Source: a virus (taxonomy: Duplodnaviria > Caudoviricetes). Taken from it: a DNA stretch of 64,000 bases. Positions 48,585-57,124 of the stretch are shown piece after piece. Position numbers and translations under genes: made by a program. The stretch spans positions 17,559 to 81,558 of IMG/VR virus record IMGVR_UViG_3300021256_000089. One strand, written 5' to 3'. The notes under the pieces were generated by a model, which searched no databases, was not told the origin of the DNA, and saw nothing but the letters and a program-made list of their open reading frames with translations. The stretch's first letter is position 1; every line of letters begins with the position of its first letter.

Positions 48585-49040
48585 TTAATCCTTCCTCTTG
48601 GAGAAATCAAGCACAAGACCGTCATCATTCTTGCCGATGATACGATCTTTCATCGTAAGCTCTTTCTCTTTATTATCGAGCTGCTTTTCTTTCTGCTTGA
48701 CTTCCTCGTTCAGCTTCATATAATTCATCATGTTCTTAATGAGATCGTTTTGTTCGTCTTCCATCATCGGGTCGATTCCATTTGCGATTACCGCATACAG
48801 CCAATCAACAACGGCCTGTGTACGGTTGTTTTGCGCATTACGCTTCTCAACCGTCAGTTTTAAAATCTCCGCAAGCTCATCCATAGTAACAACAGGCTTG
48901 CCTGTATCCGCGTCTGGCTCTGTCCAACCTTCACTGCGGATCGTTTCTTTGTACAGCGGTTCAAGATATGTCAGCCCGCTGTTGTCGTCTGTGGTCACGA
49001 GAGTCTCTACCGCTTCGTTGATAATCTCATGATAAGTCAT
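48585..49040 (-). CDS. Hypothetical protein
   Basis: AGGAGG RBS before ATG 49040; C-terminal coiled coil. Confidence 0.65.
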   Translation of the reverse strand: MTYHEIINEAVETLVTTDDNSGLTYLEPLYKETIRSEGWTEPDADTGKPVVTMDELAEILKLTVEKRNAQNNRTQAVVDWLYAVIANGIDPMMEDEQNDLIKNMMNYMKLNEEVKQKEKQLDNKEKELTMKDRIIGKNDDGLVLDFSKRKD

Positions 49041-49054
49041 ATGTACACCTCCTA

Positions 49055-49285
49055 TTATTCCGGTAAAACGTTTGTTACAACACACGGCACTTGGTCAGGC
49101 ACAGGAGACGCATAGTCTAACGTCTCCTGTACCATGTACGGGTTTCCTTGTTCGATAGAAGCAAGCCCGCCAAGCGCACCGATCATTGCCGCAAACGATG
49201 TCTTGTCTTGGTATCCGCTGCGCTGCCACTCCCTGTAGCCGCGCATCATACTGTCAAAGAAAGATGCTTCCTGTGTCAAGAACAT
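49055..49285 (-). CDS. Hypothetical protein
   Basis: AAGGAG RBS before ATG 49285 (track start 49378 is probably too long). Confidence 0.5.
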   Translation of the reverse strand: MFLTQEASFFDSMMRGYREWQRSGYQDKTSFAAMIGALGGLASIEQGNPYMVQETLDYASPVPDQVPCVVTNVLPE

Positions 49286-49361
49286 CGCTCTCCTTAAAAG
49301 AATAAAAAGACGTACCCTTTTTAGATACGCTAAATAATATATGCAAAGTCGTACAAAACAA

Positions 49362-49691
49362 TTACCAGTCGAGATCACCGAAGTCTTCTTCCTTCATGAT
49401 CTTGATCGGTGTAGATGCTATCAGCTTTTCAAGACCGGCAGCCTTATGTTCCTTGCGAATCGGACTCGCTTCCTGAATGATCTTCCATGAGTCCTTCGCA
49501 AAAGCGTTGCCGGCAAAGTTGACGACCGCGTCGTAGTTTACTTTCTTTCCGAGCGTCCGCATAACGTCGTCAAAGAAAGGGATCGACATATTATTGATCT
49601 GTGTTTCATCCGCAACGCCAAGGTAGACGGCGATCAACGCTACAGCTTCGTCAAGGCTTAACGGTTCGTCTCCTTGGCCGCCCGGTTTTTT
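49362..49691 (-). CDS. Tail assembly chaperone frameshift extension (GT-like)
   Basis: -1 frame open from the slippery site to the stop at 49362; no good RBS of its own. Confidence 0.7.
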   Translation of the reverse strand, partial: KKPGGQGDEPLSLDEAVALIAVYLGVADETQINNMSIPFFDDVMRTLGKKVNYDAVVNFAGNAFAKDSWKIIQEASPIRKEHKAAGLEKLIASTPIKIMKEEDFGDLDW

Positions 49692-50161
49692 GCGGCCTCT
49701 TCCTTCTCATCGATTCGATTGAGACGTTTAAAGATTTTGACAGCGCGGTCTACGTCCTCGCTCGTCATCTCGTCGTAGTGATTCGTTACAAAAGCCGCGT
49801 CGTCGAAGACGGCAATTAAGAAATCGAATACGATTGCGTCACCGTCACGTTCCGGGTCAAGTACGCCTTCGCTGACAGCAAGGATGTCGGTCAGAGGGTA
49901 CTCGTCTAATATACGATAAGCCGCAGCGGTTCGATTGCGCTGATACTTCAGCTTCGTTGGCTTGATCTCCCGCTGTTCGCCGCCAATCGTGATAACGTTC
50001 TCAGGGTTCACGACAGGCGGGAGCTCTGCTTTCAAACTCTTTTCCTTCGGAATATCCTTATCCAGAGGCGCTTCCTCTGGTGTCTTCTTTCGCTTTCGCG
50101 ATGGAGTCGGGGTAACCTTTTCTTCTGCCTGATCAGGCATGCTCTTGTTCATTACGGGCAT
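49658..50161 (-). CDS. Tail assembly chaperone (G-like)
   Basis: Between tail tube and TMP genes; ends just after the slippery heptamer. Confidence 0.75.
   Translation of the reverse strand: MPVMNKSMPDQAEEKVTPTPSRKRKKTPEEAPLDKDIPKEKSLKAELPPVVNPENVITIGGEQREIKPTKLKYQRNRTAAAYRILDEYPLTDILAVSEGVLDPERDGDAIVFDFLIAVFDDAAFVTNHYDEMTSEDVDRAVKIFKRLNRIDEKEEAAKNRAAKETNR
49685..49691 (-). promoter_or_regulatory. -1 ribosomal frameshift slippery site A_AAA_AAC
   Basis: Zero-frame codons GCA AAA AAC; -1 frame continues PGGQGDEPLSLDEAVALIAVYLG. Confidence 0.75.
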
Positions 50162-50187
50162 ATAATTCCTTCTTTCCTTTGAGATAA

Positions 50188-50228
50188 ATAAAAAAAGGGG
50201 GACTACTGCCGCAGCAGCAATCCCCCTT
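50188..50228 (-). terminator. Terminator after major tail gene
   Basis: AAGGGGGA..TCCCCCTT stem followed by a 7-T tract on the minus strand. Confidence 0.75.
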
Positions 50229-50307
50229 CGTTCATGCTGCTTTTGCTACATGAAAAACCTTTTAAGCCTTCATCCTTGAACCGTGTAAACCGAGAAAATC
50301 CTGAGCA

Positions 50308-51195
50308 TTAGTTGCCGCCACCGCCCAGGTTCTCGCCACCGCCAGTTTCACCGCCGCCAGTTTCACCGCCGGAGGTGCCGTTAGAAGCAGTCGCCTGCTT
50401 GTTAGGCACATAGCCGCAGATGTAGTCCTTACCGTCGTTGCGCTTCGCGTCCATTGCACTCCAGGTCAGCTGGAAGGTGGAGGGAGACTTGTAAGAACCA
50501 TCGAAGCCAGGCATCGTGGTGACGCGGCAGCGATAGATCTTGATCACATAGTAACCCTTGATAGCAGCGTCGGTGCAGTCGTCGCCGTTGTTGTACACGG
50601 GGAACTTCATGGTCGCCTCGCCGATAGCGGAAGACTTGTTGTCGATCTCGATGACATCGGTGTCGGGATGCTCAACGATGTAGGTCACTTCCAGGGTCAG
50701 GGGCTTAGTGATGACTGTATCAGGCAGCTTCACTGTTTTGCCATTCTCGCCCTTCGTCCACTCGAAGTCGGTGCCCTTCTCCAGACCATTAATGATAACA
50801 TCCTTGATCTGGGTGGCCTCGTAGTTGCCGGGCTCATCGAGCTCAACCTCAAAGTAACCCTCTTTGACGTCCTTGGCGGGATCGAGAGCGAAGGTATCGG
50901 TCTCGTAGGTGGTGAAAGCCTTGGTCTCGGCGTTCACGGCGTTCGCCATCGCGAACAGGTCGGAGTTAAACTGACCGGAGGTCATCTGCACTTCCATGGT
51001 GCCGGCACCGGGCAGATAGGCCACGGGATAGTTGGACCAGCCGGCGTTCACTTCCTGGAACTGCACGTTGGGTTGGATGGAAGCCTGGGTGATCTCGTCG
51101 AAGTAGAAGACCTTGTTGTCGCAGCGCTTGAAGTGGACGCGCGGCACATCGGCGATATAACCCTTAATCGCAGGAATATAAGTGCTCATTCTCAT
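50308..51195 (-). CDS. Major tail tube protein
   Basis: Position after tail terminator; GC-rich biased codons; followed by a terminator. Confidence 0.75.
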   Translation of the reverse strand: MRMSTYIPAIKGYIADVPRVHFKRCDNKVFYFDEITQASIQPNVQFQEVNAGWSNYPVAYLPGAGTMEVQMTSGQFNSDLFAMANAVNAETKAFTTYETDTFALDPAKDVKEGYFEVELDEPGNYEATQIKDVIINGLEKGTDFEWTKGENGKTVKLPDTVITKPLTLEVTYIVEHPDTDVIEIDNKSSAIGEATMKFPVYNNGDDCTDAAIKGYYVIKIYRCRVTTMPGFDGSYKSPSTFQLTWSAMDAKRNDGKDYICGYVPNKQATASNGTSGGETGGGETGGGENLGGGGN

Positions 51196-51252
51196 ACACC
51201 TCTTTAAAATATTTATTAATGAAGCGGCGAGCTCTCCTACAGCTTCCCGTCA

Positions 51253-51714
51253 TTAATACACTTTGATGAACCGCAGCCTCAGGCCGTATCGCGCGTAGCC
51301 TGTCGTCCGCGTTCCTTTGTCGTCCTCTCCATCAATCCAGAAACGGTAACCAGCGTTGTACCGCTGCGCTGTCAGCAACTTGTGCAACCGTCGCGCAATG
51401 AGCTCTGTGCGGTACCGCATGCGGTCACGATCAGCGTCGTGCAGATGTTCATGCTTGACGTAAATGTCAAAGGAGAGCACGTTGTTCGTCGTATTTTCCG
51501 TGCCAGCGCTGCCCTCGGATACAAAGCCGTAAATCACGCGAACGTCCTCATGCTCGAGCAGCGTGTTTGTATAGCCTGCGCGGATAAAATACTTTCCGAT
51601 AAAATCAAGAATGCTCGTACCCTGTGGCACGAGCATCAGTCTTTTCAGTTCTTCGTCCGGGAAGATGATGTCCCGGATAATGTTGTTCCAGTCGTCAGAC
51701 CATGTTTCCAGCAA
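51253..51714 (-). CDS. Tail terminator / tail completion protein
   Basis: LSFDIYV...H......R.R...IA.R...LL pattern; position before tail tube. Confidence 0.6.
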   Translation of the reverse strand: MLETWSDDWNNIIRDIIFPDEELKRLMLVPQGTSILDFIGKYFIRAGYTNTLLEHEDVRVIYGFVSEGSAGTENTTNNVLSFDIYVKHEHLHDADRDRMRYRTELIARRLHKLLTAQRYNAGYRFWIDGEDDKGTRTTGYARYGLRLRFIKVY

Positions 51715-51728
51715 AGTACATCATCTCC

Positions 51729-52034
51729 TTAAATGCCTACGGCTAAAGCAGCGTTTGGATACGCAATTTCAACAAAGTAATCTTGAGCCCAAGCATCTAG
51801 CGCACTGTAGTCAGCGGACATAGTAAAATTGCCATCTTCCTTCTGAACCAACGACCATTTAATGAGCTCTGCTTGTTCTGCAAACTTTGTGTTTCCAAAC
51901 ACACTGACAGTAACCTTTACTTCATAATTGAAATGTTTTTGCAAATTCTCAAACGTTTCAGTCACAGTTTCAAAAGCTGCAGATCGTCCTGCTTCTTCAA
52001 CCTGTTCAAGCATAGAATTAACAGAATCTATCAT
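51729..52034 (-). CDS. Neck-region hypothetical protein (locally AT-rich)
   Basis: Start overlaps upstream stop. Confidence 0.55.
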   Translation of the reverse strand: MIDSVNSMLEQVEEAGRSAAFETVTETFENLQKHFNYEVKVTVSVFGNTKFAEQAELIKWSLVQKEDGNFTMSADYSALDAWAQDYFVEIAYPNAALAVGI

Positions 52035-52765
52035 TGCATCAGACCTCCGGACTTCTTCTTCGCCTGAAGTACGAGTGTACCATTGGTCTCTTCGATATCG
52101 ACACCGATGCGATTAATATCGACAATCTGATACCACTCGTTTCCCCATTTGAATTCGTCGTCAATCTTCAGCTCGGCAGTGCATGGATTATACTGGATCG
52201 TCAGCAGGGTCAGCGCATTCGGAGACACGCCCGGCGTACCGCTGATCGCAGAGTATTCTGGTCGGCCGTCGTAACGGTAGGCGTTGCAAGGCAGCGCGTC
52301 GACGACTGTATACTCTCCGGCTTCTTCAATCAGATAGCCACGGTCATCGACGATCTCCGGATGCTTGCGTTTAACAGTAAGCTTCATATTGCATCGCAAG
52401 GCACGGCTCGGTGCATTATTGACTTCAAGCTCTACGCCCCAGTCGAGCAGGTAAATCCGATGATCTTCTGAGATCACCATGTCGCCTTTCCGGATACCGC
52501 TTGTCACCGATGCGCGGAAGTTCTGGTTATTATCCGTATTCTGATAACGGCTTTTTGTTGCGTCGGGGTACAGCTCGCCACGTATAATCGTTTCCTCATA
52601 CTCCGGTTCAAACTGTTCGTACCAGTCGTGCAGCAGTACAAAGTCCATCACCATATGCGGCACATCGTGATCGAGGAAGTTGTCAAAATCGCTCGCGAGC
52701 GTCGGGGGGATATAGAAATTGTATGTAGATTCCTCAGGCACATAAGCCTTGGACATACGCATCAC
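52031..52765 (-). CDS. Head closure / head-tail joining protein
   Basis: Position in neck cluster; RKGD.V and LKIDDEF.WG...YQIVD beta-rich motifs. Confidence 0.6.
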   Translation of the reverse strand: MMRMSKAYVPEESTYNFYIPPTLASDFDNFLDHDVPHMVMDFVLLHDWYEQFEPEYEETIIRGELYPDATKSRYQNTDNNQNFRASVTSGIRKGDMVISEDHRIYLLDWGVELEVNNAPSRALRCNMKLTVKRKHPEIVDDRGYLIEEAGEYTVVDALPCNAYRYDGRPEYSAISGTPGVSPNALTLLTIQYNPCTAELKIDDEFKWGNEWYQIVDINRIGVDIEETNGTLVLQAKKKSGGLMQ

Positions 52766-53133
52766 TCCCCTGTCTTATTGTCGCCAAACGCTTCCCTGAA
52801 ACTCTCTGCAATAAAGTCAGCCGCAGGCACAGAGTTGCAAGACAGCCCCTTGTACCGCAGATTCTTCGGTAGCCTATCAACCGAGTTCGCTACATCAAGC
52901 AGCTTATGGCGCAGCTTGCTGAATTTCTGCTGCGCCTCTGGATCCCAGTGATCCTTGTCCTTGCCGTCTTGACAATCGTAGAAGACATCCTCGATATCCG
53001 TGATAATCCTCTTGATCTCAAGGCTCAGCATATTTGTATAGATTACGAATCTGTCATTGCGCTGCTCGATAAACTCGCCGTTTCGGTTGCGGATATCGGT
53101 CACAACGGACAGATCGTCGTTGACGGTTCGCAT
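52762..53133 (-). CDS. Hypothetical protein
   Basis: Packed in operon with GAGG RBS. Confidence 0.6.
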   Translation of the reverse strand: MRTVNDDLSVVTDIRNRNGEFIEQRNDRFVIYTNMLSLEIKRIITDIEDVFYDCQDGKDKDHWDPEAQQKFSKLRHKLLDVANSVDRLPKNLRYKGLSCNSVPAADFIAESFREAFGDNKTGE

Positions 53134-53151
53134 AGTTCCTCACCCGTTCCA

Positions 53152-53577
53152 TTAGATTGTATACCGGCGCATCTTGTAGTACGTTTTGCGTTTTTCATTC
53201 TCAAGCTCGCCGATTGTATTCTTCAGGTGTGCGTAAGGCTTGTCGCCGCCGCTGACAGACAGCGCGTTCGTCGTATAACTCACGATGTTGTTGACGGAGC
53301 TTTGCACCTTACGGTAGAACGCAATCTGAGCACACAGCAGCACATACTTTTCTTCGTCAATCGGCAGATCATATGTAAGATACAGCATGTTCTGATTCTC
53401 TTCGTCCTCATACAGCAGCTCCTCGTTCCATGCGAGCGCACGACCCGTATCGATATACAGCGTCTTCACGCCATAGATGATCATGTTCCTGTAGTCGCCC
53501 TCCGTAAAAGGACGCGGGGTCTGCTGCAGCGCAGTCAGCTCTTTCAGCTCTTCAACGAGCGCGTCAAGGTTTGTCAT
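53152..53577 (-). CDS. Head-tail adaptor (gp6-like)
   Basis: Helical protein after capsid cluster; YTTNALSVS.GDK motif. Confidence 0.6.
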   Translation of the reverse strand: MTNLDALVEELKELTALQQTPRPFTEGDYRNMIIYGVKTLYIDTGRALAWNEELLYEDEENQNMLYLTYDLPIDEEKYVLLCAQIAFYRKVQSSVNNIVSYTTNALSVSGGDKPYAHLKNTIGELENEKRKTYYKMRRYTI

Positions 53578-53599
53578 ATGCGCACACCTCGCTTTGCGG

Positions 53600-54052
53600 T
53601 CACTTCATTTGATCAAGCCAGTCCTTGTTCGGCATCTTGTCGTTCAGGATCGTCAGCTTACTCTTCGGCAGATCGATGCCCTTGGCAACCTCGTAAATGC
53701 CGTGCAGCTCTTCCTCGTCTGTGATGCCGTTGAGCCAGGCTTCAAACTTCTTGATCGGCTGCTTCAGCGCAGCGATGATGTCCTCGTCGCTCTTATGCTC
53801 ATGTTCCTTATCCTCAACGATGCCGATCATTTCGAGCGGAATATCCTTACCCGTCTTGTCCGTAGGCACAAGCATCTTCTGAGAGAAGAACCGCTTGTCA
53901 CGGCAGCTTGTCTCGATCATCATAATGTCGTCATCCGTCATCAGCTGGAACATGCCGGGACGGATGTTCACCTGCATCCCGCTTGTCAGCGTGACGCCGA
54001 TGTCATATTTGCAGCGGTTGAATACACGATACCGCGTAATTTCAGAAGCCAT
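53600..54052 (-). CDS. Hypothetical protein after major capsid gene
   Basis: AAGGA RBS; position equivalent to small post-capsid genes of SPbeta-like phages. Confidence 0.65.
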   Translation of the reverse strand: MASEITRYRVFNRCKYDIGVTLTSGMQVNIRPGMFQLMTDDDIMMIETSCRDKRFFSQKMLVPTDKTGKDIPLEMIGIVEDKEHEHKSDEDIIAALKQPIKKFEAWLNGITDEEELHGIYEVAKGIDLPKSKLTILNDKMPNKDWLDQMK

Positions 54053-54080
54053 TCCTTATTCCTTCTTTCTCTAGATTTGT

Positions 54081-54145
54081 AAACAAAAGCAGGAGGAGAA
54101 ACAGAGGAGCGGCCATATTTCAGACCGCTCCCATCGTATTTCTCC
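54081..54145 (-). terminator. Probable terminator after major capsid gene
   Basis: GGAGCGG/CCGCTCC stem nested in GGAGAAA/TTTCTCC; T-rich tail on the minus strand. Confidence 0.5.
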
Positions 54146-54177
54146 AAAAATAAAAAAAGCTTTAGGTTCCCTTTTGA

Positions 54178-55176
54178 TTAACCGATCTTGTAAGCGCCGA
54201 TAGTGGGCAGCTTGCCGCTCACGAAGCCAGCACCAAAGGTCTGGTCGAGACGAATCTCGTACACCAGATCATCGATGTTCTGAGACTCGAACGCATTCAC
54301 GGGACCCTCATTCAGCACCTTCAGATTACGCTGATCGGCGCTCAGCCCACCGGGCAGGATGTACAGCCAGTTCCGATTCAGCACGGGAGTGGTCGTACCC
54401 TCGAGATAGCCGTTCTGCATCGCCACAACGGCACGGCCATTGTAACGGCCGATGAAGCCATTGGCGTTCATCTCGTTCATCATGTCGTCGCTCTGCACAA
54501 CAGTGCCAGCGTTGCCGGTGAAGCCGGTAATCGCATTCAGCTGAGCCACGGCGCTGCGGTCGCCCAGGATGGTCACGGGGCCCAGGCCGTCAAAGTACAC
54601 CAGCTGGTTGTCCAGGGTGGCCTTAACGATGCCGGTACCGGTGGCATAGAAGGGAGACGCATAGTCGTCGATCGCGTCATGCAGCACCTGCTCGACCTTC
54701 AGCAGCTTGGCGTTGGTCATCTCGGCGTTCGCTTCGCGGATCAGGTCGGCCATGTTCACCTTGCCGGTGCGCAGGTCGTAGATGTTGATCGCAGGACGAG
54801 CAGAGATCTCGACTGTGTCAAGAGTCACCTGACGATCGCTCACATAGCTGCGGGCAGTCGTAGAGCCGCCCTTGGCCTGAATGAAAGCATGGATGCCGCC
54901 CGTACGGAAACGGAACACGGCCTTGTCACCATAAGCGATGTTCTTCACATCGGCAACCTGATTCAGGAAGTCCAGAGACTTCTGCTGCAGGTTATCAACC
55001 GTATAAGCCACGGTCTGGGCGATCATGTGGCGGTTGGTCGGATTGAGATCCTTCACAAGCTCATCGCAGATAGCGGAAGCCTCAGCCACAACATTAGAAT
55101 CCAGGCGCTCGTTATTCGCCTGCGCGGCAAGCACATTAATCAGCTTGCTGTCACGAGTGATGTTGATATCAGCCAT
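54178..55176 (-). CDS. Major capsid protein (HK97 fold)
   Basis: 332 aa; after scaffold and decoration genes; ISARPAINIYDLR, NGFIGRYNG; strong codon bias. Confidence 0.85.
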   Translation of the reverse strand: MADINITRDSKLINVLAAQANNERLDSNVVAEASAICDELVKDLNPTNRHMIAQTVAYTVDNLQQKSLDFLNQVADVKNIAYGDKAVFRFRTGGIHAFIQAKGGSTTARSYVSDRQVTLDTVEISARPAINIYDLRTGKVNMADLIREANAEMTNAKLLKVEQVLHDAIDDYASPFYATGTGIVKATLDNQLVYFDGLGPVTILGDRSAVAQLNAITGFTGNAGTVVQSDDMMNEMNANGFIGRYNGRAVVAMQNGYLEGTTTPVLNRNWLYILPGGLSADQRNLKVLNEGPVNAFESQNIDDLVYEIRLDQTFGAGFVSGKLPTIGAYKIG

Positions 55177-55197
55177 TCTGTTTCACCTCGATTCGAA

Positions 55198-55614
55198 TTA
55201 AGCGCCCAGGGTACCGTCGGCCTTCAGGCTGACTTCCGCGCCAGCGGCGGGGGTACCGGTCACAAAGGTCGTCAGGAACTGCTCGCCCTGCACCAGGGGA
55301 TGAGCACGCATGAGCTCACCAGCGGGCACCGTATACTCGGTGTTGTCGTAGGCGCACTCGCAGCGATCCAGCGTCGCGTTCTCGACAAAGTAAACAGGCT
55401 GATCCAGATGCTTCACCACAAAGCGGTGAGCCGGAATGCCATCATAAATAGTAGCCGCGCCAACGTACTCGAACTTAGCATTCGCGTCGGCGGCCAGCTT
55501 CAGCTTGCCGTTCTGACGCACCATCAGCAGGCCGTTCGCCACAGGGGCGGCTTCATTGTGAGTCAGGGTGCCCTCATAGACATAGCCCTGAAGCTTCTCC
55601 ATATATCCAGCCAT
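55198..55614 (-). CDS. Capsid decoration / stabilising protein
   Basis: About 140 aa between scaffold and MCP; same codon bias as MCP. Confidence 0.65.
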   Translation of the reverse strand: MAGYMEKLQGYVYEGTLTHNEAAPVANGLLMVRQNGKLKLAADANAKFEYVGAATIYDGIPAHRFVVKHLDQPVYFVENATLDRCECAYDNTEYTVPAGELMRAHPLVQGEQFLTTFVTGTPAAGAEVSLKADGTLGA

Positions 55615-55648
55615 TTTGGTTTTCCTCCGTTTCTTCGATTGCCTTCGC

Positions 55649-56860
55649 TTAAATCAGCGTATAGGCAGTCGGCTTTTCTTCTTTTTCAAGTAACGAATAC
55701 TTGACAGGTGTCTCAATACTGCCGGTCATCGGGTTCACCTGATCATGAATCACTTCCGCAACGATCTGCTCGGGCGCGCGCTCCGTCAGCTCCGCGATCT
55801 CGCGGCGCAGCTCGGCAAGCTCCGTCTTCAGATCCTCGTTCGCCTTACGCATCTCGGCAATAAACGCTTCGAGCGCAGGGATATGTGTTGTGGTGTTCTG
55901 GGCAGGCTGCTCTTCGGCAACCTCTTCAACAGCCGTTTCCTCAGCAACCGCTTCGGTCACAGGCGCAGCGTCGAGGTTCTCCCGCACAACAGTCTCCGTG
56001 GTCACGGTCTGATGCACTTCCTGATCCGTCTCCGAGTCATAGGTATGCACTTCGTCGGTCTCCGTATGCACCTGTGTCACGTACACACTGGCAGTCTCAT
56101 CCTGTGTCTCTTCGGCCTGCTCTTCGGCAGTCACAGCCTCTGCGGTCTGCGCAGCCTCTTCAGGCTCGGTTTCAGCGATCTCGGCAGCAGGCTCCTGAAC
56201 GTCAGACTCAGTCTGAGCCTGCTCTTCCGTCACCTCAGCGACGACCGCTTCGTTTTCCTTTGGCATTTCTTCTGCCTCCTTCAGGTCTTCATCTACAATC
56301 TCCGCTACGAGCTGCATTGCTACAGCGTCAGGACAGGCGGGCAGCGATACGACACATAACCCCTCAAGGTAATTGTCGTCAGCCCGGTCGATCAGTTTCG
56401 TGCCATCATCAAGAGTTTGATAGGAGCCGCAGGCAATCTCGAAGCTGAACTTCAGATCGCCGCTTGCGAAGAGCTCAGCTAACGCCGCGCACACCGCTTT
56501 CTTGCGCTTAGATACTCGTGCATACCCAATGAGTGCACGCTTGTCCTGCGCAATCTCTTCCTTCTCAAACTTGACGAAGCCGCCGATATCTGTCGACAGA
56601 AATTCGCCGGTCAGCGGGTTATACATGTGACCCAGCTTTTTGTAATTTCCCTGCACCAGGTTTCTGATATCTGCACACAAGGGCAGGGCAATATACTTGT
56701 CCTGGTTCTCTACGATCTCGTCGATGAACGCTTCGGAGCAGCGCACCTGGTTCAGGTTCGCCTCATCTGCCGTAAACATAATCATCTTGAGCGTCATAAA
56801 GAGCTTTGAACTTTGCAGCTCGGAGGCAGACGCGATAAAGGTTTGTCGTTCTTTACCCAT
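55649..56860 (-). CDS. Prohead protease / scaffold protein
   Basis: N-terminal globular domain (FSFEI, LEGLCVV..PA), long Glu/Ala-rich linker and coiled coil; GAGGA RBS favours ATG 56860. Confidence 0.7.
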   Translation of the reverse strand: MGKERQTFIASASELQSSKLFMTLKMIMFTADEANLNQVRCSEAFIDEIVENQDKYIALPLCADIRNLVQGNYKKLGHMYNPLTGEFLSTDIGGFVKFEKEEIAQDKRALIGYARVSKRKKAVCAALAELFASGDLKFSFEIACGSYQTLDDGTKLIDRADDNYLEGLCVVSLPACPDAVAMQLVAEIVDEDLKEAEEMPKENEAVVAEVTEEQAQTESDVQEPAAEIAETEPEEAAQTAEAVTAEEQAEETQDETASVYVTQVHTETDEVHTYDSETDQEVHQTVTTETVVRENLDAAPVTEAVAEETAVEEVAEEQPAQNTTTHIPALEAFIAEMRKANEDLKTELAELRREIAELTERAPEQIVAEVIHDQVNPMTGSIETPVKYSLLEKEEKPTAYTLI

Positions 56861-56925
56861 CTTTGGTTCCTCTTTTCTGCTTCCATCCACAATGGTAGGA
56901 GCAAAGGGATGTTGCACAGATATTC

Positions 56926-56947
56926 AAAAAGAGGCTCTCGCCCCTCT
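56926..56947 (-). terminator. Hairpin terminator between portal and scaffold genes
   Basis: Minus strand AGAGGGGC-GAGA-GCCTCTTTTT. Confidence 0.45.
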
Positions 56948-57124
56948 CTGATTGAGTTGATTCAGGCGGTCTTTGAAGCCGCACCTTCTCGGCCTGAATG
57001 TTGTGCGGACAATTCACGTCCCGGTCGCAAATACCCGCGCCGGAGCGTTGTAGTTTAAGGTCATCCCGGACCATCATCAGTCGTTATAAGGACGCCGTGA
57101 ATCGCCTTCAAATATCTCTCACGG

